The notes under the pieces are model-generated. The model saw nothing but the letters and a program-made list of their open reading frames with translations. It did not search any database and was not told the DNA's origin. This document shows positions 29,679 through 32,297 of a stretch of DNA of 32,297 nucleotides, piece after piece. This stretch comes from a virus (lineage: Duplodnaviria; Heunggongvirae; Uroviricota; Caudoviricetes): the IMG/VR virus record IMGVR_UViG_2896589216_000003. One strand, given 5' to 3'. The stretch's first letter is position 1, and every line of letters begins with the position of its first letter. A program made the position numbers and the translations under genes.

Positions 29679-31364
29679 TTATCCTAATCCTGGCCATACC
29701 ATGACGATGATTGTCCCTGCCAGCGTCAGCAGGACGTTGGCGATTGCGTAGGTGCCCGCATAGCCCAGCGCAGGGATGTTACTGCGAGCTGTATCACTGA
29801 TGATCTCCATTGCCGGCGCGCAGGTGCGTGCGCCCATCATTGCGCCGAACAACAGTGCGCGGTTCATTCGCAATACATAAGCACCGAACAAGAAACAGAT
29901 AACCACGGGCACAAGACTGACAATTAATCCGGCAATCAACATCTGACCGCCAATCGCGGCCAGGCCGTTATTAATACCGCTACCGGCGCTCAGACCAACG
30001 CCTGCCATAAACACCATCAAGCCGAACTCTTTCACCATGCTTAATGCACCTTGCGGAATGTAACCGAAGGTCGGGTGGTTAGCACGCATAAAGCCCAGCA
30101 TAATTCCGGCGAATAACAACCCGGCAGCGTTCCCCATGCCGAAACTGAATGTGCTGAACTGGAAGGTGATCATCCCGATCATCAGCCCAATAACAAAGAA
30201 GGCGCAAAATGCCAGCAGGTCAGTGACCTGGCTGTGAATCGAGATAAAGCCGATGCGATCGGCAATGGTTTTTACGCGACGGGCATCACCGCTGACTTGT
30301 AAAACGTCACCTTTGTTAAGCACGACGTTGTCATCTATCGGCATCTCAATCTGGCTACGAATGACGCGGTTAAGGAAGCAACCGTGATCGGTCAACTTCA
30401 GTTGTGCGAGACGTTTACCTACAGCGTTATGGTTTTTAACGACCACTTCTTCAGTGACGATACGCATGTCGAGAAGGTCACGATCGAAAACTTCTTTACC
30501 GTTACGGAAGCTGGGATCGAGTCGGGCATGGGCGTCGGGATAGCCTACCAACGCTATTTCATCGCCCATTTGTAGCACGGCATCACCGTCTGGATTTGCC
30601 AGAATCCCGTTACGTCGAATACGTTCAATGTAGCAGCCGGTTTGTCGATAAATACCCAGTTCACGCAGATTTTTGCCGTCGGTCCAGGCCACCAGCTCCG
30701 GGCCGACGCGATAGGCGCGGATCACCGGTAAATAAACCTTACGGTTGGCATCAGTGTCCAGGCCACGTTCGCGGGCGATTTGCTGGGCGCTGGTCTGTAA
30801 GTCCTGATGCTGCAATTTCGGCAAGTAACGCGCACCAACAATCAAACTCACCAGACCGATTAAATAGGTTAAGGCATACCCGAGGCTCAGATTATCCAGT
30901 GCCAGTGAGAGCTGCCTGCTTTCCATGCCGGAATGACGCAGTGTATCGCCAGCACCGACCAGAACCGGTGTCGACGTCATAGAGCCTGCTAACATACCGG
31001 CCGTCAGGCCAATATCCCAGCCAAACAGCTTACCTAACCCTAAGGCGATCACCAGCGCACTGCCAACCATCACCAGTGCTAACATTAGGTAATTTTTCCC
31101 ATCGCGAAAAAAAATGGAAAAAAAGTTCGGTCCGGCTTCGACCCCGACGCAGAAAATAAACAGCATAAAGCCAAGATTAAGCGCATCGGTGTTAATGCTG
31201 AAATGTTGTTGGCCTAATAACAGCGATACGACTAAAACGCCAATGGAATTACCCAGTTGGATCGAACCAAGTCGTAACTTTCCGAGACATAGCCCAAGCG
31301 CGAGGACCACAAATAATAACAGAATGTAATTCCCATTTAACAATTCGGCGACGTTTATATTCAC
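29679..31364 (-). CDS. ybjL: putative transport protein YbjL (AAE-family transporter with TrkA-C domains); host gene
   Basis: 561 aa, [33 protein letters not shown]...; recognised as enterobacterial YbjL. Confidence 0.9.
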   Translation of the reverse strand: MNINVAELLNGNYILLLFVVLALGLCLGKLRLGSIQLGNSIGVLVVSLLLGQQHFSINTDALNLGFMLFIFCVGVEAGPNFFSIFFRDGKNYLMLALVMVGSALVIALGLGKLFGWDIGLTAGMLAGSMTSTPVLVGAGDTLRHSGMESRQLSLALDNLSLGYALTYLIGLVSLIVGARYLPKLQHQDLQTSAQQIARERGLDTDANRKVYLPVIRAYRVGPELVAWTDGKNLRELGIYRQTGCYIERIRRNGILANPDGDAVLQMGDEIALVGYPDAHARLDPSFRNGKEVFDRDLLDMRIVTEEVVVKNHNAVGKRLAQLKLTDHGCFLNRVIRSQIEMPIDDNVVLNKGDVLQVSGDARRVKTIADRIGFISIHSQVTDLLAFCAFFVIGLMIGMITFQFSTFSFGMGNAAGLLFAGIMLGFMRANHPTFGYIPQGALSMVKEFGLMVFMAGVGLSAGSGINNGLAAIGGQMLIAGLIVSLVPVVICFLFGAYVLRMNRALLFGAMMGARTCAPAMEIISDTARSNIPALGYAGTYAIANVLLTLAGTIIVMVWPGLG

Positions 31365-31633
31365 GGAGGCTAACTTCTTGTTTACTAGTAAGCTGTTGAA
31401 AGAAATGGTAATTTACGATAATGTTTTTTACCAGAATTCAGGGCGCAGATTCATTCAGCGCACCTAAACGATAGTAAAGTAACAATGTATTTTACTAGTG
31501 TAATCACATTAGGTATCAACGGCTATATGAATTGCGTTGGCCTATATTAGCATGGAATGCGAAGCGGCTTTATCTTACTGAACGCCACACTGGCGAAAAA
31601 TGTGTTCGATAGACGCAGTGTCAGGAGGAACGA

Positions 31634-32010
31634 GTGAAACATAAACAACGTTGGGCAGGGGCAATCTGCTGTTTTGTCCTCTTCATTGTGGTGTGCCTTT
31701 TTCTGGCGACGTACATGAAAGGCGCTTTTCGGGCTGCCGGGCATCCTGAAATCGGCTTGCTGTTTTTCATTCTTCCTGGAGCAGTTGCCAGTTTCTTTTC
31801 ACAGCGTAGAGAAGTCCTGAAACCTCTATTTGGCGCAATGCTGGCGGCACCCTGTTCAATGCTCATTATGCGGCTGTTTTTTTCACCGACGCGCTCATTC
31901 TGGCAAGAGCTGGCATGGTTACTAAGCGCGGTGTTCTGGTGTGCGCTGGGGCACTGTGTTTCTTATTTATCAGTAGTTTGTTTAAACCACAGCACAGAAA
32001 AAATCAGTAA
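31634..32010 (+). pseudogene. ybjM: inner-membrane protein YbjM with apparent 1-bp deletion in the G-run 31948-31951 (run-on ORF to 32167 otherwise)
   Basis: After ...FWCALG the alternative frame reads ALCFLFISSLFKPQHRKNQ* (hydrophobic, stops at 32008-32010 just before a hairpin); the annotated frame runs 128 bp into convergent grxA. Confidence 0.55.
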
Positions 32011-32029
32011 AGCCCTCAACGCGAGGGCT
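32011..32029 (-). terminator. hairpin between convergent ybjM and grxA (likely grxA terminator, possibly bidirectional)
   Basis: AGCCCTC-aacgc-GAGGGCT, followed on the minus strand by a T-rich tract. Confidence 0.5.
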
Positions 32030-32039
32030 TGTCAGACGA

Positions 32040-32297
32040 TCAGGCGTCCAGATTTTCTTTCACCCATGCAGCAAAATCGGTATAGCCGCCGATATGTTGC
32101 TGATCGACAAAAATCTGCGGCACGGTTTCTACGGGTTTACCTGCCTTTTGTGGTAGATCTTCTTTAGTGATCCCTTCCGCACGAATATCTACATACTGAT
32201 ACTGAAAATCATCGCGTTCATTGCTCAATTTCTCAGCCAGATCTTTTGCACGCACACAGTAAGGGCAACCCGAACGACCAAAAATAACGGTTTGCAT
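32040..32297 (-). CDS. grxA: glutaredoxin 1
   Basis: 85 aa, MQTVIFGRSGCPYCVRAKDLAEKL..., CPYC active site; start codon is at the window end. Confidence 0.9.
   Translation of the reverse strand: MQTVIFGRSGCPYCVRAKDLAEKLSNERDDFQYQYVDIRAEGITKEDLPQKAGKPVETVPQIFVDQQHIGGYTDFAAWVKENLDA

Noticed and set aside
29444-29680. tRNA gene at the prophage-host junction
   Set aside because: No cloverleaf-compatible sequence or conserved tRNA elements recognised; the interval looks like a terminator plus a promoter-less spacer.
31634-32167. 177-aa ORF as the genuine ybjM product
   Set aside because: It overlaps convergent grxA by 128 bp, and an alternative frame gives a compact membrane protein ending just before the terminator hairpin.

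Overview
This 32.3-kb window is most of a degenerate P2/186-family prophage (int, CI-like repressor, Apl/Cox-position gene, cII-like fragment ... portal, terminase, capsid, lysis, tail, ogr) whose right end abuts host ybjL-ybjM-grxA, an Escherichia/Shigella-type chromosomal context. The prophage is heavily decayed: a nest of IS911, IS1 and an IS66-family remnant replaces the early/replication region; there are three IS1 copies; an IS1-associated deletion removed the tail genes between S and the tail-fibre inversion module; int, portal and head-completion genes each carry an in-frame TAG; portal and tape-measure genes carry frameshifts. The most interesting object is an AT-rich two-gene module (8960-11474) between the LexA-box-controlled Tum/DinI-like cassette and the portal gene, the position P2 uses for tin/old cargo. 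It encodes an ABC/OLD-type ATPase with an unrecognised N-terminal domain plus an HNH-like nuclease, which I read as a candidate anti-phage system that I cannot assign to a named family from sequence alone. No rRNA, tRNA or CRISPR array was recognised. All calls come from reading the sequence and ORF track by eye; no searches or computations were run.
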